A stretch of 64,000 nt of DNA from Nageia nagi (GCA_050084985.1 JBITNC010000002.1:15376001-15440000); one strand, 5' to 3'. Counted from the stretch's first letter, positions 1-13,692 are shown. Numbers and translations are program-made. Notes: generated by a model from the letters alone, not told the origin.

Positions 1-7
1 AGGATTT

Positions 8-143
8 GAATCAAATGACACATCACTCCTTGGCCTCCTAGTAACTAGTGCAGGCAACTCCTCTGAATCAAATGACACATAAATCCTTAGCCTCCTAGTA
101 ACTAGTGCAAGAAAATCCTCTAAATCAAATGATACATCACTCC
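8..143. repeat. 57-bp tandem repeat (~2.4 copies), coding a 19-aa repeat on the - strand; second copy at ~6886-7021
   Basis: (g/a)aatcaaatga(c/t)acat recurs at 8, 65 and 122; the - strand reads EELPALVTRRPRSDVSFDS. Confidence 0.85.
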
Positions 144-506
144 TAAAAACTCTATTATGTTGAGGTTGTGGCATATAAATACTTGAATCTGATGATAAAT
201 AACTCCTCCTTTGCCTTGGTGGCATTGTATAAGCCAATTAGTCACTAACCTATTTTATAATTTAAAGAAAAAAAGAGATTAGTACATGAATAATAATAAT
301 CTATAAATATTTAAATCTTAGAATTAGAATTATTAAATAAATAAATTTTTTTCAACTAAAAATATAAAATGATCATATACATTCTATGCAATAGAAGACA
401 CATCATTAATCAAAGTTCTTTAAGGAGTTATCATTATAGGTAGAGATAATAGATAATGTGCAAGTGCTTTTAGAATAAAATATCCTTCTTTTATTGTAAT
501 CCAATT

Positions 507-736
507 CCTAACACTAACACTAACTATAACACTTACCCTAACCCTAACCCTAACCCTAACATAATTCCTAATTGTTAACCCAAACCCTAACTCCTAACCA
601 TTAATGTTAACCCTAACCAATAACCTAACCACTAACCCTAACTCTAACCTTAATGCTAACCCTAACCTAACCTTAATGCTAACCCTAATAGTAACCCTAA
701 CAAAAACCTTAACCTAGCCACTAAACCTAACCCTAA
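507..736. repeat. Degenerate interstitial telomere-like (CCCTAA)n tract, TTAGGG type
   Basis: Perfect (CCCTAA)4 at 536-559 within ~230 bp of CCCTAA/CACTAA/CCTAA/CTCTAA variants. Confidence 0.9.
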
Positions 737-1441
737 TGACTACAAGTGTAATGTCTTATATCATCCTTTTATGCTTTCTTTAAATGATGCCCTTGAGGGG
801 CTTTGCTAGTTTAACGATCATGATTGTACATACTAGTCCCATTGAATGCTTTTGGTCACCCAAGGATATTAATATACTTTCTTTTTATATGGTATAATCT
901 ATATGCATTGCATTTTATTATTCTCCTTTCATCATCATAAAAATAAACAAAATTGGAGGGTAAATTCCCTCACCATTAAAAGGCATAAACTATAGTTAAA
1001 AATGGTACTACAATCAAAAGGAAATTATCTCCCTTTCTCCCTTGTCTATCTTACTCTTTGCAGTCTATTGTTTCCATTTTAAGACCTTCATTTGTAACAT
1101 TATTTTGTTTAAGTTTTCATTTTCAAGGAGAAAACAAGTAATAAATTTATTTAAATATTGCATAACCAACATACAACATTATTGCATACTGTTAAAGTCT
1201 AAAAAGTAGTGCATATTACATTCAGTTGATACATGTTGATATAATTGCTAACATTTCTATAACCAAGGTAATGTAAAATGTCCATAAGGAAATCATCTCA
1301 TTTTATGCATTTTCCATCTCACTATCTTGTGTTCACATCATTTGCATTTTAAGACTTTCATTAATTTTTGTTTAAGTTTTCATTTTCAAGAATCTTAAGC
1401 TTATACAAGAAATAAGCAACAAATTATATTTGACTGCAATG

Positions 1442-4400
1442 TTACGATAAAATATAAGACTCTTTGTTGTTAGGTAAAATGTGTGTGGATTCGATTAAAA
1501 AGTAATCACTAGGTCTATCATGTAAGATTGTTCTTCTATCAAGTGTGTCAAACCATTTACATTTAAATATCATACACTCAAATGAACTATAATCCAATTG
1601 TATAATTTCTTGAATTTTTCCAACATATTTTAATTTTCCTTGTATCAAGTTTATATCTCTTGAACTTGCACGACTTTCTTGATCAAAATTAGCCATCACT
1701 CCATAATCAAATGTCGTTCTTCTCTCATCATTCTTTTCTTTTCTGAAGTGTTGACCATATGCCCACATTGTTGGGAAAGATAGTGCCTACACATATTTAC
1801 ACAAAAAATGTTCATAGTGCTTGAACATATTTACATGAAAATTAAAGTTTTATAAAAGATTAATTAAAATAATTACCTCAAACTTGCATCCTATATCGAT
1901 ATTTAATGCATCTTCATCACTTTCATCTATTTTTCCTCTTGTAGCTTGTTGTTTCATTTCACCTTCATTCTTGATCCATTACCTTGGACATTCTTATGGC
2001 CAATTTTCCTCTCTTAGATTTTTAGGTGGACTAGATGTACCACTTTGATTTTGTCCATGAAACAAGGCATGTTCCTATTCAATTTCACTTCTTTTAGTTT
2101 GGTACAACTCAATCCACTTATGGCAACATGAATAATGCATCATGATAAATTAGTTTATAGATTCATGAAGGTCATAATCTATAAATTCACAATACCATAA
2201 TACAAACTCGTTAGCTAGTAATTAAGCATTTATACAATTTAGAAATCCAAAGCACATGTACATATCTAAAACATAGTTAATACCTTTAAGAGAACATAAT
2301 GTTTCACCTATTTCTAAGATTTTCTCTTCTAATTTCTCATTGTCTTTATCTGCATTTCTCATCTTTGGGGTAGAATGATCTATTTGGAATAGATACTCAT
2401 TTGCATAAAAAATGATTCTAGATAATGTATCCCTCACCTATAGATCATTATGGTTGTGAATATTATTTAACAAATCCCTTTAGCACTTTTAAAAATCTCT
2501 CCATAAAAAAACATGTTTCTAGTAGTCATAACACCTACCATGTTAATATTATGTACTAGGTGAATCAATAGGTGCACTTGTATGTCCATAAAAATAGGTG
2601 GCAATTCTTTTTCTAATTTGCAGATAATTTCAATAATCTCTTTACACCATTGATCTATTACAACTATTGGAAATTGTAATGTAATATTGTGTAATATTTA
2701 TTATGTAATATTTCTCTTTAATGTAAATTCATTTAATGCTTAAAGTATCTTTAGATACCTTTAAGCATTAAAAGAATAAAAATAGAAAGAGGAATAAATA
2801 TAGAAACACCTTTAACCTTACTCTTGGGTAAAAGGAAGGTTAAAGGGTGGGTTAGTTCTTATAAATAGAGAGGTAGTCCTCTCATTATGTAACTTGATTT
2901 AACTTGATGAAGCATGGTAATGCTTGTCATGTAGAGTTGTAGGAGAGTTATCTTTTGAGAAAATTATAGAATGATTATTCAAAGTGGATGTACTCCTAAA
3001 AGATGGAAGAACCACTATACATTGTGTATTATCAAGTCAAAATGCATAAAGTATTAGAAAATAAGAATAAATGCATGTTATATTATTTTTCATAAAGCCA
3101 TACTATGACATGAAATACCTTAAGAAATAACGATAATTGATTGATTGCATGCCTAAAATCAATAGGTAGACCCCCACATCCATGAATTGCAATTAGAAAA
3201 ATATGCTATAGAAAGTATGAGCATAAATATAACAAGTATTTTTATTTTGATGGAAAATGTGGAAAACATAATATGAGATCAATACCTTTATAAAGTTGTG
3301 GTAATCATAAGTCTTGAATCATGTGAGTTTACCATCAACATTGAATGCACTTCTTAGAGATGATCCATAATTTGTTGGTGTTCTAATGTTTTAAATAATT
3401 TTGTGTAACTTTTCCACTTCATCTTTTTTCATAAGCTATGTTGCTGTAGGTACTTGTTTTCTTCCATATTAATAGTAAGTAATCCATAAAGATCTTATTT
3501 TATTAATATATTTTAAGTCTTTTCTCATGAAATCATAATTTGCTTCTTGCTTATTGTATACTAATACAAAAAAGTTGCAACATTCTTTACAATGTATGTA
3601 GGATCCATTAAATGTGTCACTAACAACTCCTTCCAATATTCCAGTATATGAAATATTGATAATCTATTCATTCCTGAAAACATGCAACCATTTCATAATA
3701 AACATTGTATATTTTCAAAATAATAAACATATTACAAATATATTGTATTGTATAATATTTCACTTTTTGGTAAATCATTTTTTCCAAGAATAATCTCATC
3801 ATTTAACCCTAAAGTAGTACCTTTTTCATGGGCTCCTTTTCTAACATTTTCCCCACATTCATGGCACTTTATAAACCAACTCATAGGAGTTTCATAAATA
3901 GGAATAAGGGTTTTATATACTAGACCATAAACTCCCTTTTTTCAAAAAATATGATCCATTGGCAAATATTTTCTATGGCCAATATATTCCATATTATTCA
4001 TCTTATTTGAATATCTTGATTGAAGATTTTTCACACACTATGGACAAACATGATAACCTTTTGTATGAAGACCTATGATAAGTTTATTTAGAGAATGCAT
4101 ATAATTCATATGATTATAAAAAATCAAATACACATATGTATATATGCATACTTGCATAAACAAAAATCCTTGGATAATTATGTATAGTCCAACATAGTAT
4201 ACCATAACATTTAAATGACCTTTGATTGATAGGTCTACTTATATCATACATTTTAACTCCTTTCCATAAGAGTTACAACTCATGAATTAGCGGTTTAAGG
4301 TAGACATCCATGTGTTTAACTTGTTTCGAGCTAGGGACTATAACAGTCAACATCAAATGCTCTTTTCTTATAAACATCCATGGAGGTATATTATAATTGA

Positions 4401-5388
4401 TTATAACAATAGGACAACATGAATAAGTGGATGTTTGGTTCAAAATGGATTGACACCATCCATTGCTAAACCTAATATGACACTCCTAGGTTCATCCTTA
4501 AATTTCGTAGGCCACTTATCCTTTACATGTTTCATTGCTTTACTATCTACATGTATATGCAACACACCTTCTTCACTTCTATTTCTTGAATGTTAGTCTA
4601 TTACTCTGCAAGTGACTTACAATAGAAAATTCACATCAACTTGTGAAGGATTGGCATTACATGAACAACCTTATTTGGAGTATTTTTCCCTATGTCATTG
4701 TATCTTGATTCTTCACACTTTGTACATTCAATCTTTGTATCATATTCTTCTCTTATATATAATATGCAATCGTTAATACATGCATGGTATGAATTATATT
4801 CGATCCCTACATCCTTCATAATGTCAAGTGCTTTTTTGCATGAATTTAGGATGACATTATCACTTGGCAATAAATTTTCTTTTAGTAACATATAATACCA
4901 ATTAAAAACAATTTATGTAGTTAATTTCATTAAAATTAAAATATCAAAAATTGAAATATCATAAAAAAATGAAATTCAAACCTTAGAAGAGAAGTGAAAC
5001 TTGTATATGACCATCCATATTTGGATTTTATGTTAATTAAAAGTAGGATAATTGATAATGCAATCATGTTTTTTTCTTCATACAATTTAGTTTTGGAAGC
5101 ATTATACATGCTACCCCTTTCTAAATCATCATCTCTTTCATTACCATCTCTTTCTTCATCATCAACATGAACATAGAGGGACTCAAGTAACCCATCAATT
5201 CCATTTTCTTCATCAACATTATCATCATCATCATCGTAATGACCAATATTATCCTCTCTTAATTCATCATCATCAGTGCTTGAATCCCACATAGGTATTT
5301 GAATAGGAGCTTTTAGATTTGGTTTAGACATAAACTTTGCATATTGCTTAGGGGTCCATGCTTTTTGTAGTATATTTTTATCACTCAT
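1442..5388 (-). mobile_element. Decayed, intron-containing CACTA (En/Spm) TnpD-like transposase
   Basis: - strand segments in the expected order: acidic N-terminus ending LLR|GT (~4982); LLPSDN...YHACINDCILY..C..C.ESRY (4631-4891); Transposase_21 core WP.KFKDEPRSVILGLAMDGVNPF...YNIPPW...DVYLKPLIHEL (~4165-4530); GYHVCP; DUF4218-like ICKLEKELPPIFMDIQVHLLIHL (~2400-2660); DUF4216-like YVGKIQEIIQLDY...FKCKWFD (1442-1768). Many stops and frameshifts; no CACTA TIR found. Confidence 0.9.
2665..3033 (+). mobile_element. Probable Copia-type solo LTR inserted in the CACTA transposase
   Basis: Interrupts the transposase frame; contains tataaatagagagg and gtggatgtactcc...gaaccactata, motifs typical of Copia LTRs; no clear TSD. 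Confidence 0.45.
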
Positions 5389-5526
5389 ACTTACATTATT
5401 TCATTGCAATGTTGGTGTAATAGTTATCATTCTTGACTGGTCATGATGATTATTTGTTGATTGTAAAATAAGTTGTTATAAACCATTAATTTAGAATAAA
5501 AAAAATAAGTGTAACAAGTGCAAAGC

Positions 5527-5726
5527 AATTTGATACATCCATTGATACATAAGTTCCATACATATAATTTGAATATACATCCATACAAATTGATCATCAA
5601 TACATATAATTTGATACATCCATATACATAACAAATTGATACATCCATATAAACAATAAATTGATACATCCAAACATACACATTATCCATACAATATACA
5701 AATTGAAACATCCATTCATACACATC
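5527..5726. repeat. Degenerate ~22-27-bp tandem repeat (aattgatacatccatatacat)
   Basis: The ttgatacatcc motif and variants recur about 7 times. Confidence 0.8.
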
Positions 5727-5949
5727 AATAATATATTAATTTTTTATTTTTATTTTTGGGTTTTTGTCCTCAATTAATTATTACATTTTTATCATCTCCT
5801 AACTCTAAAGTTCATGTATTACGTACCAAAGTAGGTCTCCTATAATTGTGGTGAGCTAGTAGCTAATCATCAAAATTAATAGTTTTAATGGGAACAAAAA
5901 CTATATAATTATTCATTTATCTACCCATTAAGTCTTCTTTATCATTAGT

Positions 5950-7103
5950 ACATTAATGAAATTCATAATTTGGTGCCCATTCTTCACCTACACAACTATT
6001 TATGTATCCAACTATGCTTCCTTCTACTTTTGGTCGATCATCAATATATAAGCATTTTGATTGCTATGGAGGTGGAATATTGGAAGCATTTGTATATAAT
6101 CCATATGTGAAAATACTATATGTATATCCCTCTCATTGTCTCCAAATCGCTTCTATATAAATTGGCCCACAAAATGGCATCAATGGCTTTATCTCATAAC
6201 TTGGAGTAACCATTATAGTATTATGTATAAAAAAACCAAATCTAGAGCATATTTCAGATGGTTTGATCATGTATCGATGACCATAATAAGAAAAGATATC
6301 ATAAGCCTTTAGAAAAGGTATTTCAGATGGCCATGCACAATATGCCCCATAATCATATGTATATTGCTATTTAAGTTGTAGCTTTAGTGGCATGTGCATC
6401 AAACCCAAATCATGAACATCCTCCTCTGGTAGATCAAATGGATGCTCATATGCATCCTTTGCGAATTATTATGAAGCCACTTTTGAAATCTTGTTCTTAT
6501 AGGCATCTCTCTAACTTCATCTGTCAATGGACCTACACATTATTTTGGCTTCATCTTTTGGATCTACATATCAATTTTATTTAGTTTTATTTGATATCAC
6601 TCAATATATAATAATACAAAAATAAAATCAAATATTGATCAATTGATTAGCATCATCATATTCTGATGATGATGATGAATCATTGATCCTTTGCACTTTT
6701 TGTTCCCACAACATTAGCAATAAAATAAAGTTAAATATTGCAAATAATATCATGCATGAAAGTGATAATTTAGATGATCTTTCTTTTTTAACTACATCTT
6801 ATATAATAACAATTATCTTAACTAATTCTCATATGATTAAACATCACTCCTCCTCACAGGATGTATAGGAAATATCTCAGGATTTGAATCAAATGACACA
6901 TCACTCCTTGGCCTCCTAGTAACTAGTGCAGGCAACTCCTCTAAATCAAATGACACATAAATCCTTAGCCTCCTAGTAACTAGTGCAAGAAACTCCTCTA
7001 AATCAAATGATACATCACTCCTAAAAACTCTATTATGTTGAGGTTATGGCATCTAAATACTTGAATCTGATGATACATAACTCCTCCTTTGCCTTGGTGG
7101 CAT
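5950..7103 (-). pseudogene. Decayed second ORF upstream of and co-oriented with the transposase, product unknown
   Basis: ATG at 7103 (225 in copy 1) starts MPPRQRRSY...; further open-looking stretches such as DAYEHPFDLPEEDVHDLGLMHMPLKL...YDYGAYCAWPSEIPFLKAYDIFSYYGHRYMIKPSEICSRFGF with scattered stops. Confidence 0.4.
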
Positions 7104-8303
7104 TGTATAAGCCAATTAGTCACTAACCTATTTTATAATTTAAAGAAAAAAAGAGATTAGTACATGAATAATAATAATATATAAATATTTAAATCTTAGA
7201 ATTAGAATTATTAAATAAATAAATTTTTTTCAACTAAAAATATAAAATGATCATATACATTCTATGCAATAGAAGACACATCATTAATCAAAGTTCTTTA
7301 AGGAGTTATCATTATAGGTAGAGATAATAGATAATGTGCAAGTGCTTTTAGAATAAAATATCCTTCTTTTATTGTAATCCAATTCCTAACACTAACACTA
7401 ACTATAACACTTACCCTAACCCTAACCCTAACCCTAACATAATTCCTAATTGTTAACCCAAACCCTAACTCCTAACCATTAATGTTAACCCTAACCAATA
7501 ACCTAACCACTAACCCTAACTCTAACCTTAATGCTAACCCTAACCTAACCTTAATGCTAACCCTAATAGTAACCCTAACGCAAACCTTAACCTAGCCACT
7601 AAACCTAACCCTAATGACTACAAGTGTAATGTCTTATATCATCCTTTTATGCTTTCTTTAAATGATGCCCTTGAGGGGCTTTGCTAGTTTAACGATCATG
7701 ATTGTACATACTAGTCCCATTGAATGCTTTTGGTCACCCAAGGATATTAATATACTTTCTTTTTATATGGTATAATCTATATGCATTGCATTTTATTATT
7801 CTCCTTTCATCATCATAAAAATAAAAAAAATTGGAGGGTAAATTCCATCACCATTAAAAGGCATAAACTATAGTTAAAAATGGTACTACAATCAAAAGGA
7901 AATTATCTCCCTTTCTCCCTTGTCTATCTTGCTCTTTGCATTCTATTGTTTCCATTTTAAGACCTTCATTTGTAACATTATTTTGTTTAAGTTTTCATTT
8001 TCAAGGAGAAAACAAGTAATAAATTTATTTAAATATTGCATAACCCACATACAACATTATTGCATACTGTTAAAGTCTAAAAAGTAGTGCATATTACATT
8101 CAGTTGATACATGTTGATATAATTGCTAACATTTCTATAACCAAGGTAATGTAAAATGTCCATAAGGAAATCATCTCATTTTATGCATTGTCCATCTCAC
8201 TATCTTGTGTTCACATCATTTCCATTTTAAGACTTTCATTAATTTTTGTTTAAGTTTTCATTTTCAAGAATCTTAAGCTTATACAAGAAATAAGCAACAA
8301 ATT
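6879..8303. repeat. Direct repeat copy 2 of 1-1425
   Basis: Begins aggatttgaatcaaatgacacatc exactly as position 1; near-identical for 1425 bp. Confidence 0.95.
7385..7615. repeat. Degenerate interstitial telomere-like (CCCTAA)n tract, copy 2
   Basis: Perfect (CCCTAA)4 at 7414-7437; duplicate of 507-736. Confidence 0.9.
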
Positions 8304-8968
8304 TATTGAAGTATTGCATATAAGTAACTTTAATAGCAAATTGCTAAAGCTAAAGAAGTAGTAATGTAGTAGACACATGTTGATAAACTTGCTAACATTT
8401 CTACACCTAAGAATATCTAAAAAACTTCATCTATGACAACAAAATTTATGCTTTACAGATATGCTGAGAAATTTAGGACAAACTTGAGCTTTACACTAAA
8501 ACTCCTTTCACCCTTTTGAGGGAATAATTCAACCATTATCTAGCAATAGAATCAATTCATGAGTACAGTCTAATATATAAGACACAAATCATGCATTATC
8601 TAGCAATAAAGTCAATTTTTACTAGACTCATTATATGCAAAAAATAAATATAGTTAACCACCAAATATAGTTTACCAATTATTAATAGTAAATAATTTAC
8701 ACAATATATACCAAATGATAGAAACCTTCATGTTAGGTATTTAGGTATGAATATATACCAAATTCATATCAAATAAAGAATTCAACTAGAACCTATAAAG
8801 AGCAAATTAAATAGGTTTTCCTTAAATTATTATTTTGTTATTAAGCATCATTCTAGTTCAAAAATTTGTGAACATGAATACTTCAACATGTAATTTTTAT
8901 TTAGATCCAATAACATACTTACAAACATAAGTATATCTTAATAATAAATAGGTATTAAAACACTAATA
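7620..8968 (+). repeat. Inverted repeat A, left copy (pairs with 16285-17625)
   Basis: Reverse complement matches along its length, e.g. cttatatcatccttttatgctttctttaaatgatgccc vs gggcatcatttaaagaaagcataaaagggtgatataag. Confidence 0.92.
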
Positions 8969-9178
8969 GTGCAATAATAGTGGTCTTGGTAGTAGTGTTA
9001 TCATGAACTTATGAAGTTTCATGTCTTGGTTCAAATCGAGAAGGCATGCAAATGGTACATGAGATCAATAGAGGACCCATGATTGATGTGGATATTTTTA
9101 ATCCACTAGAAGAAGCTTCCTTCATGCAAGATAAAGTCCTCAAGCCTTAACCAAAGCATCCATTCATAGATTTATTAG
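8969..9178 (+). pseudogene. BSP-like exon copy (5'-truncated, left arm of palindrome 1)
   Basis: Reverse complement of 9394-9606. Confidence 0.7.
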
Positions 9179-9393
9179 ATGATCACCTTATCCATATTCT
9201 TGTTATCAAAATAATGTGATATATAATTTTTTGAGTCAACTAATTTCAAAGGATGATGATATTACTAATATATCAAGTTGATTGTAGCTATATCAAAATA
9301 TATATTAGTAATATCACCATCCTCTAAAAAATGTTGACTAAAAAATTGTATATCACATTATTTTGATAACATGATTATGGATAAGGTGATCAC

Positions 9394-9619
9394 CTGATAA
9401 ATCTATGAATGGATGCTTTGGATAAGGCTTGAGGACTTTAGCTAGCATGAAGGTAGCTTCTTTTGGTGGATAAAAAGTAACCAAATCAATCTTGGGTTCT
9501 TCTCTATTAATCTCATGCACCATTCACATGCCTTCTTGATTTGAACCAAGGCATGAAACTTCCCAAGTCCATGATAACACTACTACCAAGACCACTATTA
9601 TTGCACATCTTCCTTCCAT
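9394..9619 (-). pseudogene. Captured first coding exon of a bark storage protein A / nucleoside phosphorylase-like (PNP_UDP_1 family) gene; best-preserved copy
   Basis: MEGRCAIIVVLVVVLSWTWEVSCLGSNQEGM*MVHEINREEPKIDLVTFYPPKEATFMLAKVLKPYPKHPFIDLS-G|gtgatc: signal peptide plus the BSP-type motif EINR.GP.IGLVTVYPPEE.AF....KP.PKHPFVDLSG, ending at a splice donor; one TGA stop. Confidence 0.8.
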
Positions 9620-12600
9620 CCTTAAAAGTGAAGGAAAAGAACTTGTATTAACTTGTTGTATTCTTTGTATTATATATAAACATGATGAAGAAGGTAGTGG
9701 AGACATATTTAGGTCTAAAAATAAGACTATCTAAATAAGTATTGACAAAAGAATGTTTTACAAGGCATTAGTCATCCAATTATATACATCAAAATATGAT
9801 GATTACGATAAATAATAGGGTTATATATAAATAAAGATTTTAAAACCTTATCTTTCAAATAGGCATGTTGTATTTGAATGTTCAAATATTTGAGACACTA
9901 GTCATGTGATTAATCTCATCAAGAAGCAAAATGACCCCATAATCATGGAACTACAACAACTATAAAATGTGTTTTTAGATCTCCAACCTAGAAATTCTAA
10001 TACCTTGTCTCCTATTTCTAGCCAAAAATGTAGAAATAAGAATTGGAATAACAAGAAACAATATCATGGTAAATCAATCAAGCCACTGATCCAACTTAAC
10101 TATAACTAACAATGCAGTTGTTCTCAATAACAAGGTATGAGACCAATAGTAGGTCATAGTTTTTTGGTAGAATCCTATCACTAATACATTCATTCAACTA
10201 AAACAAACATGAAAATTCAATATTCCCCTAGTACATTTTTAAAGAAGTTATGTAAAAATAATAACATTTTGCAAGCAATAACCAAGCCAGTTCACACAAC
10301 ACAAAAATTGACTACATTCAAATCCATCAAAACTAATAAGATATGATACATGAAATCACTGATATCATTATGTATTCATCATAGAGTGTATTCTACAATC
10401 CTCAATTGGCATTCCATAGTTAAGGGAAATATTAGCTGGTACTTTCTTTTATAAAATTCATTACAAAAACTAACTTCATGCAAGCAATACCAACTCTAGT
10501 TCACAACTTAAATATTTGATAGCATGAAAGTCTGCAAAAACAAACTCCCATGGACTCTTGAACAATGCCTTTGCAGTCCTTGGATTTTCAATACTATTTT
10601 CACACTTACAACCAACATTTCAATCTTTTTATTAGTTCACTTTTGTTAATTTTTAGTTCTTAAAAACTAACATGCTGGCTAACATAAGTACTCCTAAAGA
10701 CATTGTTATTTTCTAAATGCTATAAATGTTTCAAAAACTATAAGATAGATTGTTATTAACATTTATATATCAATGTTCATTCAAATCATTCTATTACTTT
10801 CTCATGAAAGTATAAAACTCAATGTGCATCCAACTCACAATTCTATCTTCTCAAGAAAAATCAAATTTTATTCAACTTAGCATTGCACCTTTAAGAAAAA
10901 TCTAAAAGAAAAAAAATTATCTTTTGGTTTTATTGAAATTTAATTCAATTCAACATTTTCAGTAAATTCCAAATCAAAGTTCATTCAACTCATCATTGTA
11001 TCTCCTAAGGAAAAATGTAAAATCAAAATTCATTCAACTAAACATTGCACCTTTCAGAATAATCTAAAATTCAAAAGTTTCATCCATCTTCCAGTTTATG
11101 GAGTTTATTACATTTTTTAGATGTCACTAAACTCACTAAGAAGCAGATAACTACAATCTCCAAGTAAATATAGCAAATGAATTATTAAAACACAAATACC
11201 AAAAGGAATGATATGAATGAGCCTATTTTATGGATTTAATTCCATCTGTGAAGGAAAAAGAAGAGGTGTCATGGAGCATGTGTTTGCTTTGGAATTTATT
11301 GAAAATGATGAATTGAATTAAATTTTAATAAAATAAAAAGATAAATTATTTGATTTTTAGATTTTTCTTAAAGGTGCAATGCTATTTTGAATGAAATTTG
11401 ATTTTTCCTGAGAAGATAGAATTGTGAGTTGGATGCACATTGATTTTTAGACTTTCATGAGAAAGTAATAGGATGATTTGAATGAAATTTGATATATAAA
11501 TGTTAATACTAGTCTATCTTATAGTCTTTGCAACATTTATAGCATTTAGAAAATAACAATGTCTTTAGTAGTACTTATTTTACCCAGCATGTTAGTTTCT
11601 AAGAACTAAAAATTAACAAAAGTGAACTAATAGAAAGATTGAAATGTTGGTTGTAAGTGTGAAAATAGTATTGAAAATCCAAGGACTACAAAGGCATTGT
11701 TCAAGATTCCATGGGAGTTTGTTTTTGCGGACTTTCATGCTATCAAATATTTAAGTTGTGAACTAGAGTTGGTATTGCTTGCATGAAGTTAGTTTTTGTA
11801 ATGAATTTTATAAAAGAAAGTACCAGCTCATATTTCCCTTAACTATGGAATGCCAATTAAGGATTGTAGAATACACTCTATGATGACTACATAATGATAT
11901 CAGTGATTTCATGTATCATATCTTATTAGTTTTGATGGATTTGCATGTAGTCAATTTTTGTGTTGTGTGAACTGGCTTGGTTATTGCTTGCAAAATGTTA
12001 TTATTTTTACATAACTTCTTTAAAACTATACTAGGGGAATACTTTCCCATTAATGGTGAATTCCAATTATGGATTGTATAATATTGATGGTGAATACATA
12101 TTGGTGACTAAATATATAATCTTACTAAATGATTTTTGTATTTTCATGTTTGTTTTAGTTGAATGAATGTATTAGTTGGAGGGGTATGGATTACAAGGAG
12201 TAAAGGAACATTCTGGTTGCAAATTAAAATATTTTCTACAAGAATTATGATGATAAAGAAATAATGTTATGATAGGAACTTAAGACCATTACGAAATGGA
12301 TACATTAAGGAGATGAGAGCTGAATCGAGCTTCTAGAGAAGAGCAGTTCTTACCTTGGCTACAATATCCAAAATTGATTTGTATTTACCCTTTTAGGAAT
12401 TCTAATGGGGTTTGGGGAGCATAAAATTTTCATATCTCTCTTTGTTACTCCTTAGGTATAAATAACCAAAGGAGAAGTACCAAACTGGTGAATTATACTA
12501 TTAGTGATTTTTCTATCCATTGCACCATGTAGACGTATGATGAAACTAAGATAATGGTTTTCATTATTTATGGTAGCACTCCATTCATTAGTGAGAGCCT

Positions 12601-13249
12601 CCTCTTGGTAATTATTATGTGCCCATCTATAGATCAAATTGGTCATTATTTAGATTATAGATAGCCCAAACTATCTTGTATGGTGTTGGTGATAGGATCC
12701 TACCAAAAAACTATGACCTGCAATTGGACTCATACCTTGTTGTAGAGAACAACTACATTGTTAGTTATAGTTAAGTTGGATCAGTGGCCTAATTGATTTA
12801 CCATGATATTGTTTCTTATTATTTTAGTTCTTGTTTCTCCATTTTTGGCTAGAAATAAGGGATGAGGGAGTAGAGTTTGCATGTTACAGATCTGAAAACA
12901 CATTTTTTAGTTGTTGTAGTTCCATGATGATGGGTTCATTTTTCTTCTTGATGAGATTAATCACATGATTAGTGCCTCAAATATTTGAACATTCAAATAC
13001 CACATGCCTATTTGAAAGATAAGGTTGTAAAATCTTTATTTATAGATATCCCTATTCTTTATCATAATCTTGAGATTTTGATGTATATAATTGGATGACT
13101 AATGCCTCGAAAAATATTCTTTTGTCAAGACTTGTTTATATAGTCTTATTTTTAGACTTGATATCTCTCCACTACCTACTTCTTTGTGTTCATATACAAT
13201 ATAGACAATAGAGCAAGTTCATCCAACTTCTTTTCTTTCACTTTTAAGG

Positions 13250-13476
13250 GTGGAAGGAATATGTGCAATAAATAATGGTCTTGTTAGTAGTGTTATCATG
13301 GACATGTGAGGATTCATACCTTGGTTCAAATTGAGAAGGCATGCAAATGGTGCATAAGATCAATAGATAAGGAACTGGGATTGTTGTGGTTACTATATAT
13401 ACACTAGAAGAAGCTATCTTCATGCAAGCTAAAGTCCTAAAGCCTTATCAAAAGTATCCATTCATAGATTTATCAG
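13250..13476 (+). pseudogene. BSP-like exon copy (left arm of palindrome 2)
   Basis: Same exon, start mutated to GTG, with indels; ends ttatcag|gtgatt. Confidence 0.72.
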
Positions 13477-13692
13477 GTGATTACCTTATCCACAATCATG
13501 TTATAAAAATAATGTGATATACAATTTTTTGATTCAACTGCTTTCATAGGATGATGATATTACTAATATGTCTTTTGAGATAGCTACAATTGACTTGATA
13601 TATTAGTAATATAATCATCCTACGAAATCAGTTGACTCAAAAAATTGTATATCACATTATTATGATAACATGACTATGGATAAGGTGATCAC

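Larger units (their letters stand above)
1..1425. repeat. Direct repeat copy 1 (truncated by window start) of 6879-8303
   Basis: Co-linear match at offset 6878 with about 15 substitutions seen by eye; it ends at ...aataagcaacaaatt, where the sequence switches to the 3' part of the CACTA transposase. Confidence 0.95.
8969..10978. repeat. Giant palindrome copy 1 (left arm truncated to ~300 bp; loop 9273-9300; right arm with internal deletions)
   Basis: tactaatata|28-nt loop|tatattagta; 8969-9272 pairs with 9301-9606; the right arm continues co-linear with 20250-22500 apart from deletions near 10180 and 10218. Confidence 0.92.

Noticed and set aside
8-143. CRISPR-like appearance of short repeats (also 16106-16245 and 29990-30350)
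   Set aside because: No unique spacers, no cas genes, eukaryotic context
5427-5723. Tyr/Cys/Met-rich 98-aa and 60-aa ORFs
   Set aside because: Translation of the tandem repeat at 5527-5726
7617-7627. gactacaagtg as a CACTA terminal repeat
   Set aside because: First base mismatched, no matching ...TAGTG at the other end, and no 3-bp TSD
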